A DNA stretch of 64,000 nucleotides, from contig JBPGPT010000009.1 of assembly GCA_051047955.1 (NCBI GenBank), positions 124,001 to 188,000 on the forward strand, read 5' to 3'. The notes beneath the pieces are model-generated. The model did not search any database and was not told the DNA's origin. It worked only from the letters and a program-made list of their open reading frames with translations. This DNA is from Cystobasidiomycetes sp. EMM_F5. Taxonomy: Eukaryota. Positions 48,581-61,194 of the stretch are shown piece after piece. Within the stretch, counting starts at the first letter, position 1, and the number at the start of each line of letters is the position of its first letter. Both the position numbers and the translations under genes were made by a program.

Positions 48581-51339
48581 ATGTCTCTGCGCTCTGGAAA
48601 CGGGCAGGACGCAGCAACGCGAACGGCGTCGGGGCCAGCGACGGCGAGCAGCGGCCACGGCCACTCGTACAGCAAATCGCACAGCGGTCTCGGCGTAGGG
48701 CTGAATGCGGCAGGTGTAGCTGGTCTACCTGGCAGTAACGCTGGTCTCGGAAACGTAAACAGTACGATGGACCGCTCCGTGTCGAGCACTGGCGGCTTGA
48801 GCCCTTCGAGCGCCGCCGCGACTGCAGCCGCTCTGGCCAACAATGCCGCAAAGATCAGAGCATCCGTAGATGCTGCCCGGACAATGTACGGTGGAAGCAG
48901 CAACGGTCCTGCCTCCGCCAACCCTGGTATCGGTCTCGGCTACCCATCGAGCCCAAACCTTGGCTCTGGACCTGGCCAACGAGGCGTCAGCACGACAATG
49001 CCAGGCAGACGTCCAGCCAGCGAGCTCGTCGGAGGTACTGCTGGCCTTGCAGCATCTGCGTCTGGCAATTCCGCGGCCATGGTGTCTGAGAGTGAGTTGT
49101 CTAACTGCCTGTGGCGAATATGCGTAGCCTTCGCGACTGAGGTGCGTGCCATCTTCTGCTGCACAGCTGAGGCCATCGACAAGTGGTTTGAAGACCTCCA
49201 TCACTATGAAGCGACTTTGGAAGAGATGGGAACCGCGTCACTGGACAAGGCATTCAAGGAGGAATTGGGCGCTATCGAACAGTGGTTCAGCGTTCTGTCT
49301 GAAGCGGAAAGGACTGCGGCTCTGTATAGCTTGCTCCAGACCTGCACTCCTGTTCAGAACCGCTTCTTCAGTACCGTGCTTCAGCAGATGGCTCGTCTCG
49401 ATCCAATGTCTCAGCTTCTGAGTCCAGCGAATCCACAACAAGGTACGAAAGTAGTCCCACTCCCTTGTGAATTACGTTGACCCATTCATGAATGTGCAGC
49501 TTCCATGGAAGCACAAATGGACGCTAGGTTGGCCAGCATGGGTCTGAAAACCCCTGCTTCGCCTGCAGTACGGCAACTGGCTAGGCAATCACTGGGAGCC
49601 ATGCCGCTCAATACTACAGACATGAGCGGATTTCTCTCTCCACACAGTGCAATGTTGCAACAAAGCTCATCCCCGCGGCTAGGCGGTAGTGTAGAGGACG
49701 GCGGCCTGTCGCCCGCGGATATGGCCGCCAATCTCCTGGCGCAGCAGCGTGCCAAGCTGTCCGCAAATGCAGCCAATCGTATATCTGCTCCTGGCTCTCT
49801 CTTCACAACGCATGACTCTTCTTCGCTTCGCTCACCGCTGTGGACACAAGCCAATAATGAATCTGTCGCAGAACGCAGTATAGGACGTTCACCGTCACCT
49901 GATGGACGTACAAGCAATGCTGGTTCTGCTATCCGCAGTAGACCGCATAGTATGGTATCTGATAATGGAGGTGGTATCGGGAATACAGCAAACAATCTCT
50001 CAATAGGTGGTACAGACGGCATGCTGTCGAGTGCGAATGCCCTCAACTCCAGCAAGCCAGCCGGACTAAATACAAACTTGCCATTCTCGCTTGGCGCCGA
50101 TGCACAATTGAGTCCCATGATGACTGGTCAAAACTGGGCACAGATGATGCAGACGCCCCTCGTTACGAGTTTCTCTGCTGCCGCTGCAGCGAGCGGAAAT
50201 CCCGACGCTGCTGCCTTCTCCTCTAACACTTGGGGTACGCAATCTGCTACTGCAAATACGGCCCCGAACACTATTGCATTAGACGATGCAAGGAAATTCA
50301 GAAGGCAGGGACGAGTTAGTGACACTGGGTACGATGGTGCACAAGGAGGAGGAGCTGGAGGCATACAAGGCGTCTTGTCGGACATGTACAACGGAAACGC
50401 CGCAGAGGCAAGTCGGCGAGCAGTCTCTGCTTCAGCTGCAGCGCAAGCCCAAGTCCAGAACGCTCAGCAGGTCGCTGCCCTGTCTGCCCAACAGAACTGG
50501 CGCAACGTCAATGGCTTGACTGGCAATGGCACCGCGCCACAGCTGGGTTCGCCAGATCTGTCTAGCAATATTGCATCGTTGCAGGCGGCGATGCAAGGCA
50601 TGAATACCGGCTTGAACGGGATGGGGTCGCCGCAATTGGCAATGGCAAATCTGATTGCTGCTCAACAGCAGATTCAGCAGCAAATGCAATTGCAGCAGAA
50701 TCTACTCAATATGGGCATGAGTCCAATGGGCTTGATGGGCTTGCAGAATCAGCTGCAGAATCAGCTGCAGAATCAACAAATGCTGTCACCAGGTATGCTC
50801 GCTTACGAGTCTGTAAGCAGCTAAACATACACTGAAGCGCGTTCCTACAGTGCTTGGCAACATCGGTATGTTCGGGTCACCTAATCTGAATGGCAACAAC
50901 ATTCCTGCACAACAACGTCGGTCGCCTCGGCCGTCCGATCGAAGCGTCAGTGGACAACGTAAAGACAACCTCGTAGTTCCCGGCAGTGGCTCAAATCCAG
51001 ATGAGCCGGTCGACATGAACTTGCTCTCGGATGTGGCTGCTTGGCTTCGAAGTCTTCGGTTGCACAAATACACGTCCAACTTCGAGCGCTCCAATTGGCG
51101 AGATATGGTTGCTATGGACGATGCTGCTCTTGAAGCACAGGGAGTGTGAGTCAAAGTCAGCAGCACTGCGAAACATCGAGCTAATGCGCCCGCTCTTTGA
51201 CAGTGCCGCCCTCGGAGCGAGACGCAAATTGCTAAAAGTATTCGAGACTGTCAGGATTCAGCAAGGTATCCCACATCCACCAGGTCATTCGATCCGCGCA
51301 GCATCGCCAGCTGGAGGAGCGACGGACAACGAAGACTGA
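48581..51339 (+). CDS. VTS1: Smaug-family SAM-domain RNA-binding protein
   Basis: [18 protein letters not shown]...[23 protein letters not shown] and SAM domain [11 protein letters not shown]...[19 protein letters not shown]. Confidence 0.95.
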
Positions 51340-51610
51340 GCCGCCTAATTGACAGTGGTATGACCGATGTGGCTGTCGACTGATTGGAAAGCTATCGCAT
51401 CACGACTGGACACGAAAGATCACGATGAAAATGTGGAAACAGTGCGGATGTTGCGAGATACCGAATTGCAAGGAAAGCAATTCACAATCGTCTTGATGGT
51501 TTGGAGTGCTTAGGAAGTGTTGTCTATCGGGTATCTAAGGAGTCTACCGACGTCTACAAGCTTGCGATAATGACATAATTGGGCTTGCGGCTCGACATTG
51601 ATCTACATCG

Positions 51611-53188
51611 TCAAGTTGAAGCCGCGTCTTGCATTTTATGCTGATGAGCGATGTCAAGTAGATCTGCAACCTGCCCGAGACTATCGCATACGTAGTCTGG
51701 CGCCGCTCTGCTCTTACCGATGTCCTCTAGCTGCGATGAGCCTGACAAGACCAACAGCGTCTGAATTTTGCCATCATTGCCAAATGTAATACTGAATCGT
51801 TGCATCAGCTTAGCAGTGCCACGGAATAAACGAGAGGCTTCGTACTCTGTTTCCAATCGGTCGCCGATCATAAGCGTTCTTGACCTCTCGAAGTTCATCC
51901 TTCGCGTGGAGATATACGAAGAATTGTCAGACAATTTGGTATTCTCGCACAGCAGACCCGCTTACCTAGCAAGGACTGTGTCGAGTAGTGGTTGGTTCGG
52001 CTTGCCAGCAACAATGACCGGACCTTTGGCGGCTAGCTTCAATCCAGCAGCAATGGCTCCTTCCCCTTTACCAAACAGTGAGCAGTAACTCCTAAAGTCT
52101 AAGGTAGACCACTGACCAGCTGCGGTTCCACCGTGATGAAGCGGTATTTGGGCATCGTCATTTGACAAGAGCAATATGCAGCCGGTGTTCTGCTCTGGTA
52201 CGATTCAGCCTATGTTCAGATGCATTGATCGATGCACCACCCACATGCGTCAGGTAGTTGTACGCTTTACTCAATTTCTTGTCTGCTGAGATTGATCAGT
52301 AATCCCAAGTCGCACTATATTTGTTTGTGGACACACAATTGAAATGCATGTCGAATGACTGAAGAAGCTTCATCAGCAAATTCCTTCGGCATGCTCACAG
52401 CCACTTACCACGAGGACGACGCCTATGCTAGGATCCGGCGTAATGGTAGTGAAGTCTTGAGGCGGCATCAGCTTTGCGTCCTCGGCATCCTGTCATGTGT
52501 CTGTGAGCATTGTCGCCGCCTTCCTTGCTGTTTTTTTCACCTCACAAGTCCGCCAGTCCATTTCAAGCCCAATTCTTGCAGTTCCAGCTCGAGAGCGTGC
52601 TGCCCAATGAGGTATATCCCTTGTTTACCCTCTGGCAGGGTAGGTCTGCAGATTTAGATGAGACACTCTGCAGCTAGACTGCGAAAATGAACCGCGCACA
52701 GAAGCACATCTTTGATGTATCTTGCACTTGCGGTTCCGGACGTGAATATGTGGTCCTGTATGAGCAAGATTGGTAAGAGGGGGAGGATTCATTGCGGGCG
52801 CATCGGCTTACGACGGGGACGTCGATGCCCAATTTATGAAATTTCTCCCGATACGCTGCACGCGTACTAGGGATGTTATACATTATTAGCGGAATCTTGC
52901 ATGGTCTACTCGGATGGTATCAACCTACCTTGTTGCATTGTTGGACACGAAAGCGACGCCGACGTCGTGCTTTCGAAACAGATCAATGGTAGCTTTGGCG
53001 TGCCCAATCAAATGGTCTTCAAGCCAGACTACACCGTCGCAATCCAAGAGAACGTGATCAATGTTTGCGAGAACAGTCTTGAAGTCTAGCAATCAAAGCG
53101 TCTTAAGCATCCTCAATCACACTCTACAAATGGGATACGCACCCTCGACGGTTGTCAGGCGCTTATACGAAATACTGCCGCTTGCCAT
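51611..53188 (-). CDS. HAD-IIA phosphatase (Pho13/phosphoglycolate phosphatase-like), divergent copy
   Basis: VLLDCDGVVW, VSNNAT, LLSNDD, VAGKPN, MIGDRLET, TLLVLSG; ~10 exons. Confidence 0.85.
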
Positions 53189-53440
53189 ACTAATGTCACG
53201 GCCACGCGCTGCAGCAGCGTCAGATACTGAGATGTCGCGTCAAAGTTTGCCCAGATATGAGGTAGCTAGCAACGACTGGGGTTCATTTACAGAAGGAGCA
53301 TTCAGCATGCAGTTGTCAACGAGGGTGCCAAACCATTCGCTTGCCGAAGGTCAATGCCCGCAACCGATCATTCGGGCTGAAGTAACGAAAGGAGCGAGCG
53401 TGTCGACGGTGCTTGATCAACCTACAACGCTGCCTTTGCG

Positions 53441-54730
53441 ATGCCTGAACCTATCGAATTGACTGGCCGCGAAGACTTTCAGCGGTTGATTGACGACTAT
53501 GATTCCTGGCTCTTTGACTGCGACGGTCAGCGCGCCGATAGGGTAGCATACTATCCGCCAACACTGATCATTCGCATACAACCTATGCTTCACACCAGGT
53601 GTCATTTGGCACGGAAGTGAACTGATCAAAGGCGTCTCCGAATTCCTACAGCTTCTGAGAAGTAAAGGCAAGACGTGCATATTCGTGACGTACGTCGAGC
53701 AGCAGTACATGCTGCCGTCAAATTGATCTTATCTCTCTCCCCTGCCCTTGACGTATAGCAATAATGCCACAAAGAGCCGCGAACAATTCAAGCAGAAGTT
53801 TGACAAGCTGGGTCTGCAAGCCAGTATAGTACGGCGACGTTGGGTGCTGCGTTTCTTGAATCATCTGACAACCTTTCTACAGGATGAAATCTTCGGATCC
53901 GCATACGCTTCCGCCGCATATTTGAAATACAATCTCAAATTTCCAAAGGACAAGAAAGTCTACGTCATTGGAGAGGATGGTCTTGAACATGAGCTGAAAG
54001 CGGAAGGGATACAGTATGCGGGCGGAACAGTATGTAGCGCGACTCCGTCTTCTGAAACTCACGCTGATGTTGCCTTGGAGGATCCGAACGATAATCAGTT
54101 CTTCCCGTCAATGGACTTTGTAGGTTTTGAACCGACAGCGGTCAGAGCTGGTAAAACAGTCTGAACGTTTGCACTGTGAACAGGCAGATGTGAAGGCAGA
54201 TCCGAACATTGGCGCCGTGATGTGCGGCTTCGACAGTAAAGTAAATTATCACAAATTGGCCAAGGCGCACCGCTTCTTGCGAGAAAACGAAGGTTGCCAC
54301 TTCATACTGACCAACGACGATTCGACCTTCCCTGCCGCCGACGGTCTGCTGTACCCTGGGTCAGGCTCGATATCCGCTCCATTGCGGTACGCCCTGCCGC
54401 ACATGCCACCCATCGTGATCGGCAAACCGAACAAGCCCTTTATGGATTGCATTACCGAGAAGCATCACCTCGACAAGAAGCGGACAATTATGGTGGGAGA
54501 CAGACTAGACACAGATGTAAACTTGCTCAATATGGTATAAGTGGGATTAAAGTCTGACAAACAAACGTTTTTACAACCAGATACTGTTTGGCATCAACGG
54601 AGGTACCTCAACTTTGATGGTGCTTACGGGAGTCAATAAGCTTCACGAGTTCAACAAGCCAGACTCGAAGATCAAGCCGCAATATTACGTTCAAAGTTTA
54701 GGAGATCTCAGTATTCTTGCAGACGCCTAG
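53441..54730 (+). CDS. PHO13: HAD-IIA phosphatase (Pho13/4-nitrophenylphosphatase)
   Basis: WLFDCDG|VIW, VT|NNATKSR, EIFGSAYASA, FILTNDDSTFP...PGSGSI, IGKPN, MVGDRLDTD, TLMVLTGV. Confidence 0.9.
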
Positions 54731-55789
54731 AAAAGGGTATCGCTGAAACATTATAGGCTGGAGTTTACCCGGCAAGGCGGGGGACTGCTACACAATTCCC
54801 TTTGCGGCCCTCTTGTAGCCACTGGCGTGTTGGCGCGTTCTGGAAAACTGCCATACCAGAGTGCGAGTGGCATCTAAATACAGATGGTACATTATAGTGC
54901 AGCTGGCTCTTGTACTAGCATTAGTCTTCTGCTGGTACGTTATCTTGCGCAGTCATTCAGCTGCTCGCCCGCAACACGGACATTCATTCTTCCCACCCGT
55001 TTGTCTGACGCCGGAGTCACCGGTAACGGTCTCCGAATTTTGGCAAACGCTCGGGCTTACTTCATCAATCTCCAGACTTCACATTCGGATTTCCAGTCAT
55101 GTTCCGAACGACTTGCTAGATCAGTGCATTTACGGCCGTAATGGCCGGATTCGATACAAAAGCACGACAAACTTTCAGATGCGAAGTACAGAAACCTTGC
55201 AAAGGACACATCTCATTATACCTGCAATACGAACCAACATGCTATACATCTCAGATCCCACTGCTAAATGAGGCTGGTTTTGTTAAGGCCCTCTGTTCAA
55301 CATATTGACAAAGTTTATATCTCCGGACTTTAAACCAATTTCCCGAACGTTTTGAGTGATATTGCTGACGCAACTCGGAGCTGACGTTGATACTGCAGCT
55401 TTCTCCATGGGAATTTAGCCACCGCTGACACACTATTCTGTCTGACATCCCTGGACTGTCTCGGTAACGGAGTCCATGACCTTCGTCAAGAGTGGGGCAA
55501 ATACTTCACAAGGTGGCGAGCCACAGAGACCCGCAACAATTTCAAAGGCTATTTGACGGACCGCTCGAGTTTGCTAAACACTGACCGCAATTATACCTAA
55601 TAACCTCTGGACGCATATTTCGCCTTAAGGGCCAGCGTGAACAGTGCAGGGGCGAATTGCGAATTTCTGCTGGTTCCTGCTCTGTCTATCTACAGCAGAG
55701 GTCGGTGCTTTGTTCGGTTCCTCCTGAGTCAGAATGGCGAATTTGACTGACATGCTTGCCTAGCAACGTTTGCGCTATCCTTGCGCAAG

Positions 55790-57219
55790 ATGGACACTGA
55801 CAGCGATCTTGACTATGTTCCCGCCTACAAATCAAAATCGCTTCCCTTCCTGAGGACAGTCAACACAGACAAACGCCAAAGAGCATCGCGAGCACGAAAA
55901 ATTGGCGAGGCTTCCCGCAAGGTAGCCAAAGCTGCAACAAAAGACTCTGTGAGTGTACCTGCTTCGTGAGGCGAGGCGGATTTGCTGATGTTAGTCAATT
56001 GATGCTCAGCAGAGCATCAAGGAGAAGCGCCGCCGGAATGATATCAATCTGAATTTCGTCGTGAGTGTGCGCGACAGCGCATAGAAATTGGAGATAGTCT
56101 GTTGCTGATTTTGACGTACAAATGCTCCACCTGCTGCTCCTCTCCGTTCTGTGCGCGCTCAATTCTTCTTAACCGGGCGTTGTCGACCCACAGACCCTCT
56201 CTCATAAATTACCGAACTTGGCAAATGCCCGAAAGCTTTCAAAACCAATCATAATTCAGGCTGCGATAGATTATCTTGACGAGGAGCGCGCAATGCTCCT
56301 GGCGGCGCTGCCTCAACTTCAAGCACTCATTTCGGAGCGTGAGGCTCTTGTCGCCCAAATCAATGCCAGTACGGACGAAAAGATCACTCCAATGGCTCCG
56401 GTCGACTGTCTCGTAAAGCTGTATCGCATCGAATCTTATTCGTTTCTATCTCGTACTACTGATGGCGAAGCTGCACCCGACGCAATCGTACCGTCCGCAT
56501 CGTTAAGCGCTAGTACGACCAATCTTGACCGGCCGGATCGGAGCATTAGCCCAGTGATTCTGCAAGGACATGCGATGAAAGAACCCTCCTGTCCCGCCTC
56601 CATGTTCTTGCCTGGTGAAACTCTTTCCTGGACTGCAGACGCACTTTCGCAGATCACGCAAGAAGAACAGAATTCTGCTAGTGCTCATAGCGCACACTGT
56701 TCTGCGACAATCCCGGCAGTCGAGCCTCTGCGCCTAGATGTCGGCAATACATTTACACGCCGATCGTCTCTGGCATCCTTCTCATCCCTTTCATCCGCTA
56801 CCAGCGAATCCTTTGGCTTGGTTGCCAACACAATCTATCCATTTGGCAATTATATCGTACCCACTTCCGTGCCTTATACTCCGGCATCTCTTCCACAAAT
56901 GACACTGCTTGATAAGATGTTTCAGACGAATGTGCCATTGGCTGCAACACCTCAATACAATCAGGCCACTGTGGCTACAGGCAGCTTCAATTTGCCACAG
57001 GAGTACGACACGCTATTCCACGTAGCCACAGGACGACACCTTCACGAGGTAAGGCTGAACTTCGATATTGATACGCCTGCTGACCTGCTTCAGCAGTCTG
57101 TGCCGTACAAAGTTATAACAAATTCGGTAGACGTACCTTCCCATAGGACAACAGAAGCCGCTGTTTCCACAAACCAGCAGTACTGGTCGGCCTACGCCAC
57201 AAGCGGCTCAGTTGTGTAA
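55790..57219 (+). CDS. bHLH(-ZIP) transcription factor
   Basis: Spliced: (Q)SIKEKRRRNDINLNFV|TLSHKLPNL...KLSKPIIIQAAIDYL followed by a leucine-rich helix and an S/T/P-rich tail. Confidence 0.75.
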
Positions 57220-57453
57220 GTAAGACTACTTGCTAGTCCTGTTCGGCTGGAGTACGAAGCATCGCAAGCACATCAGCAGGAGGCGGAGACAGCCAGTCCC
57301 TTGAGGCAGAAGGCCAGGTTGTACTCAGATTACGTCAGTAGCGTAGACTCGGCTCTTCAAATGCATGCCGAAACAGTACTGCTACGCATGTTGCGAAGGC
57401 ATGATACGAAGGGCACGACACTTCGTTACTTTTTCGCAGCGGGTCTTCCGTTA

Positions 57454-57942
57454 TCACATAACGCTACAACGTTTGCTCTCGCGCCCTTGTCCAGGTTTGG
57501 ATCTACGCTGTTTGGCAGACGGAGGCTTTCCAGCTGTAGCCGAAGTTTGAGGCTGAGCTGAAGATGAGGAGTCCCGTCTAGGAAGCGAAGGATTGGGTGA
57601 AGTTTGTGAAAGTTGCGTAGAGCTCTTGCGTCGAGGGACGACAGGCGACGATGCCGACTGTGGAGAAGGAATTGACGTAACGTGACCTGTCGCATCGATA
57701 CCAGCCTGCTGGAGGTAACTTGAGATTCTACTGCTGGCACCCGTCTGCCAATTCGCCAGGTTCCGCATGTGCACACTGGCAGGATCGTTGGGGTCATATA
57801 GAGCTTGCATCTGTGCGGTTTCCTGTTGACGCTTGTATTTATCCGCAGCGTTTGCCGTAGCTGCCTTTCTCAGGTCTTTTGGTTTTCCGGCCGATAGTGA
57901 TCCTCCGCCGCGCGACGGCGGAAAACGCTGCGGGGCTGACAT
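57454..57942 (-). CDS. Hypothetical small basic/disordered protein
   Basis: 162-aa ATG-initiated ORF with protein-like composition; may have a further last exon ending near 57233 (DWLSPPPADVLAMLRTPAEQD*). Confidence 0.5.
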   Translation of the reverse strand: MSAPQRFPPSRGGGSLSAGKPKDLRKAATANAADKYKRQQETAQMQALYDPNDPASVHMRNLANWQTGASSRISSYLQQAGIDATGHVTSIPSPQSASSPVVPRRKSSTQLSQTSPNPSLPRRDSSSSAQPQTSATAGKPPSAKQRRSKPGQGRESKRCSVM

Positions 57943-58595
57943 TGCAGCGAGATAATGGCCGAGCTGTTAGGACAGCTGAGACGATCGTATATGTTAGCGA
58001 TGCCAGTCGTTACGTTGCAAGATACAGTGCTGGAGTCAAGCCAATCCAGGTATCCGCGTCTGTCGTCAGTTCTGACACGTCAATAACGGCTGTACGAATG
58101 CAATGCTTGTCAGCTGGACCACACCATCAGCGCTCGACGCGTTTCTCTCAGCTTGGGTGACGGAAGGGAGCCGCTGAGTTTGACCTTTGTCGCTGCAAAT
58201 GTGCACAGCTTTCCACTGCCAGACATGCAGGACACTTGACTTCTGCTTCGCCTCGCTTTGGCAAGCAGCATACTGAGGTGGTGCGACCGCGTCAAGCAGC
58301 ACGGTGCCAGACTACTTATATCGGCCATCGTTTCGCTACTTTTGCAGCCAAACACGACACCCAACGTGGCTCGTTTGCAGCTGGACCAGCGAAGCCAGCG
58401 TAGTCTGGCGAATCAATCCTTGGCTCATCTTTGCATTAGGGTGTCCGGAGCGAGCTGCTGGAGGTGTCTTTGTTTCGGGTGCGACACCACAGCTCGAGCG
58501 GGCGGGTAGCGAGCACCTCAGACTATCGCATGGGTGTTCGCAACTACTTCCAGCACATATTCTAGCACCAATCAGGCTGATTCCTGACCGCAAGA

Positions 58596-61038
58596 ATGTC
58601 GCGGGTTCAAGCGTGGGCACACGACTCGGGGTCGCGTGCGGGCAGCTATGCGCGTGGGGCTACGCCTGCCCCGCCCAGCGTTGGTGGAAGTTATTCAGAC
58701 TCACAATCTCAACACGATCCACGATACAGACCTCCTCCTGCTGCACCATCCTCGTTTCATCAGCAGCACCAGCCAACTTACTCGCCACAACCATCATCAA
58801 CACCCGGATTTCAGGGCAGGCACGGTGGTGTCAATAATGGACAAAATTTACGGCCGTCTCCGCCAAGCACTCAGCGACCCTTTCCTTCGCAGCATCCGCG
58901 TGCAAACTCCGCATATGCAGCTCCGCCGGTTCAGTACGCGCAGCAGCACGGACACAGTCAAGGTTACAGCGATACCGGTAACCGTCCTATCCACCAATCC
59001 TTTTCTGATCTATCTCTAGGCGCCAGTCCTCCTACACTGCCTCACTCTCATTCTGCTAGCTCTCTCCGCGCTCCCACTTCAAACAGTGTCCCTGGTTCCA
59101 GACGCACTTCCGCAGCATCCTTCCAAGGCGTCGTCGCAAACGCAGCTCTCTCATCTTCGATTAGCGGTGCTGCGATAGGTTTGGACGCTTCTCCCATCTG
59201 CAACAGCTCCGCTTCTGCACTTAGTATAGCACTCCCTACGCAAGCAGACCTAGCCACGCAACGGGAGACTGCTGCGAACGCTCAAAATCCAGCAGCATCT
59301 CGTGTTTCTTGGGCAAAATCCGTTCTCAAATTTGTCGAGCGTAGTCAAGCTTCGTCCGCCGAGGTCAATGGAAAGATTACAGATCCAACGCTCGTCAAGT
59401 GGACCGATGAAAGCATTCGAATCATCATTTCGAGCGGAGACTTTGTACCTCCTATTCCTGAGGCTCTGTATCTCCGAGGAGAGCTTAGCAGCTCTGGCAA
59501 GTTTCCTTCCTACAGGAGCAAAGACCTCGCTCTAGCTTTTCGAGACTTTGAAGCGGCTGCAAACCTCGGCTACCACCCGGCTTGGGCAAAGATTGCATTG
59601 GCATACGAAAGTTTTGCAGATCAGAATGGCTCATCAGCAGACAAGGCTCGAGCGAAAAAGGCCTACGAGGAGGGCATGAGATTGCAAGAGGTGACATGCG
59701 TTTACGTGAGCGCGAATGCCTCATTCCCATATCCCTTCTTGCTAACATACTAGCTTGCAGCGCATGGGCATGGCATATCTGCTAGGCCAGCTTGGAATTG
59801 CGCAGAACGCTGGAAGAGCTATTCCACTCATTCGACAAGCTGCTTCTCTGTCTACCGTCGACGATCCGCTGCCAGCATACATCTTCGGTATGCTGCTATC
59901 CGGAGAATTAGACTTGGGAGCAATCGTTTCTTCCGCCATCACGCTTCCAATGCTCACCGATCCCCGTACAGGTATGCCAGAGGAGCCTAGACCGTGGGTC
60001 GAGCGCTCGGCATATCTAGGCTATGCGCCTGCGCAATTCAAGATGGGTTATAACTATGAATACGCAAGCATGGGCTGCGGCTACGATCCCCTCCTCTCTG
60101 TACAGTACTACTCGCTGGCAAGTCAACAAGGTGATATCGAAGCCGATATGGCTCTGTCGAAATGGTTTCTGTGCGGATCCGAATCGTTTGATCTGCAAGA
60201 GGACCTTGCATTCACCTTTGCCGAAAAGGCAGCTCGCAAAGGTCTTCCAAGTGCCGAGTTTGCCCTCGGATACTACTTTGAGATTGGTATTGGCGGCAAG
60301 CAGGACATCGATCAGAGTAAGCGATGGTACCGCAAAGCAGCAGCTCATGACAATGAGGACGCAAAGAGTCGCTTGGCTGCCATCAATGCGACATCTTCAA
60401 ACACCCTGTCACGCGATCAGCACGAATCACAGATAAACGACAAGATCGTTCGTCGACGAACACAAGCCAAAGTTGACGCAGATCGTCGTAAGCTTGCAAA
60501 TACACCATCTCCTGCACTTCCACCAATGCCAACCATGCCGGCCTTGGATTATAATAATCGTAATCCAACGCGAAAGCCTCCGAATGGCGGAGCGACACGC
60601 CTGGAGACTCAGGAAGCCTTCGCCAATAGCGGAGGATTTGCGGCTCCCGTTCGACAAGACCCACCGCAAATGTCAGAACACCGCAGTGAACCAGACATCG
60701 GCCTCCGTCGCCGCGAGACAATGAGACAGGTTGAGCAAGCCGCAGGATACGGCAAGAGGCCGGGTGCCGCAGCCACGGGTGGCCACGACAATCTGTCCGG
60801 AACGAATGGAAGACATGGCTCGCCCGCCATCGGAGCGCATCGCCGGGAGAATAACCTCTCCGCTCCGACAAGCCATACACAGCGGTACTCTCTCGTGGAC
60901 AGTGGGCCGGCAAACGGAGGGGATACACCAGGCGTCGCCATAATCAGTCCACCCGCTGCGGGTGGCGCACAGACGTTCGAAGCCATGGGACTCAAGACGG
61001 GCCGTGTAAAAGCCGATCAAGAATGCATTATCGCCTGA
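58596..61038 (+). CDS. SEL1-repeat protein, Skt5/Chs4/Ack1-like chitin synthase activator family, C-terminal CaaX
   Basis: PEALYLRG...AFRDFEAAA, YAPAQFKMGYNYEY...YYSLASQQGD.EADMALSKWFLCG, AEFALGYYFEIGIG; ends CIIA*. Confidence 0.88.
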
Positions 61039-61194
61039 CAGTATCGTTGTGTGTGTCTGATAGTGACACGTTAACTGGCAGTAGTTCCGATAAGAAGACT
61101 GGTCAGTACTGTCGTGAGTAGCAAGCAGTCTTATGATGTCGTTCATGTTGTTGTGATAGCATGTTTTGCGGGATGTGTTTCATCGACATCACAC

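Noticed and set aside
54861..55271. 136-aa ORF with an N-terminal hydrophobic stretch
   Set aside because: GTG start, no homology cues or splice support; treated as intergenic.
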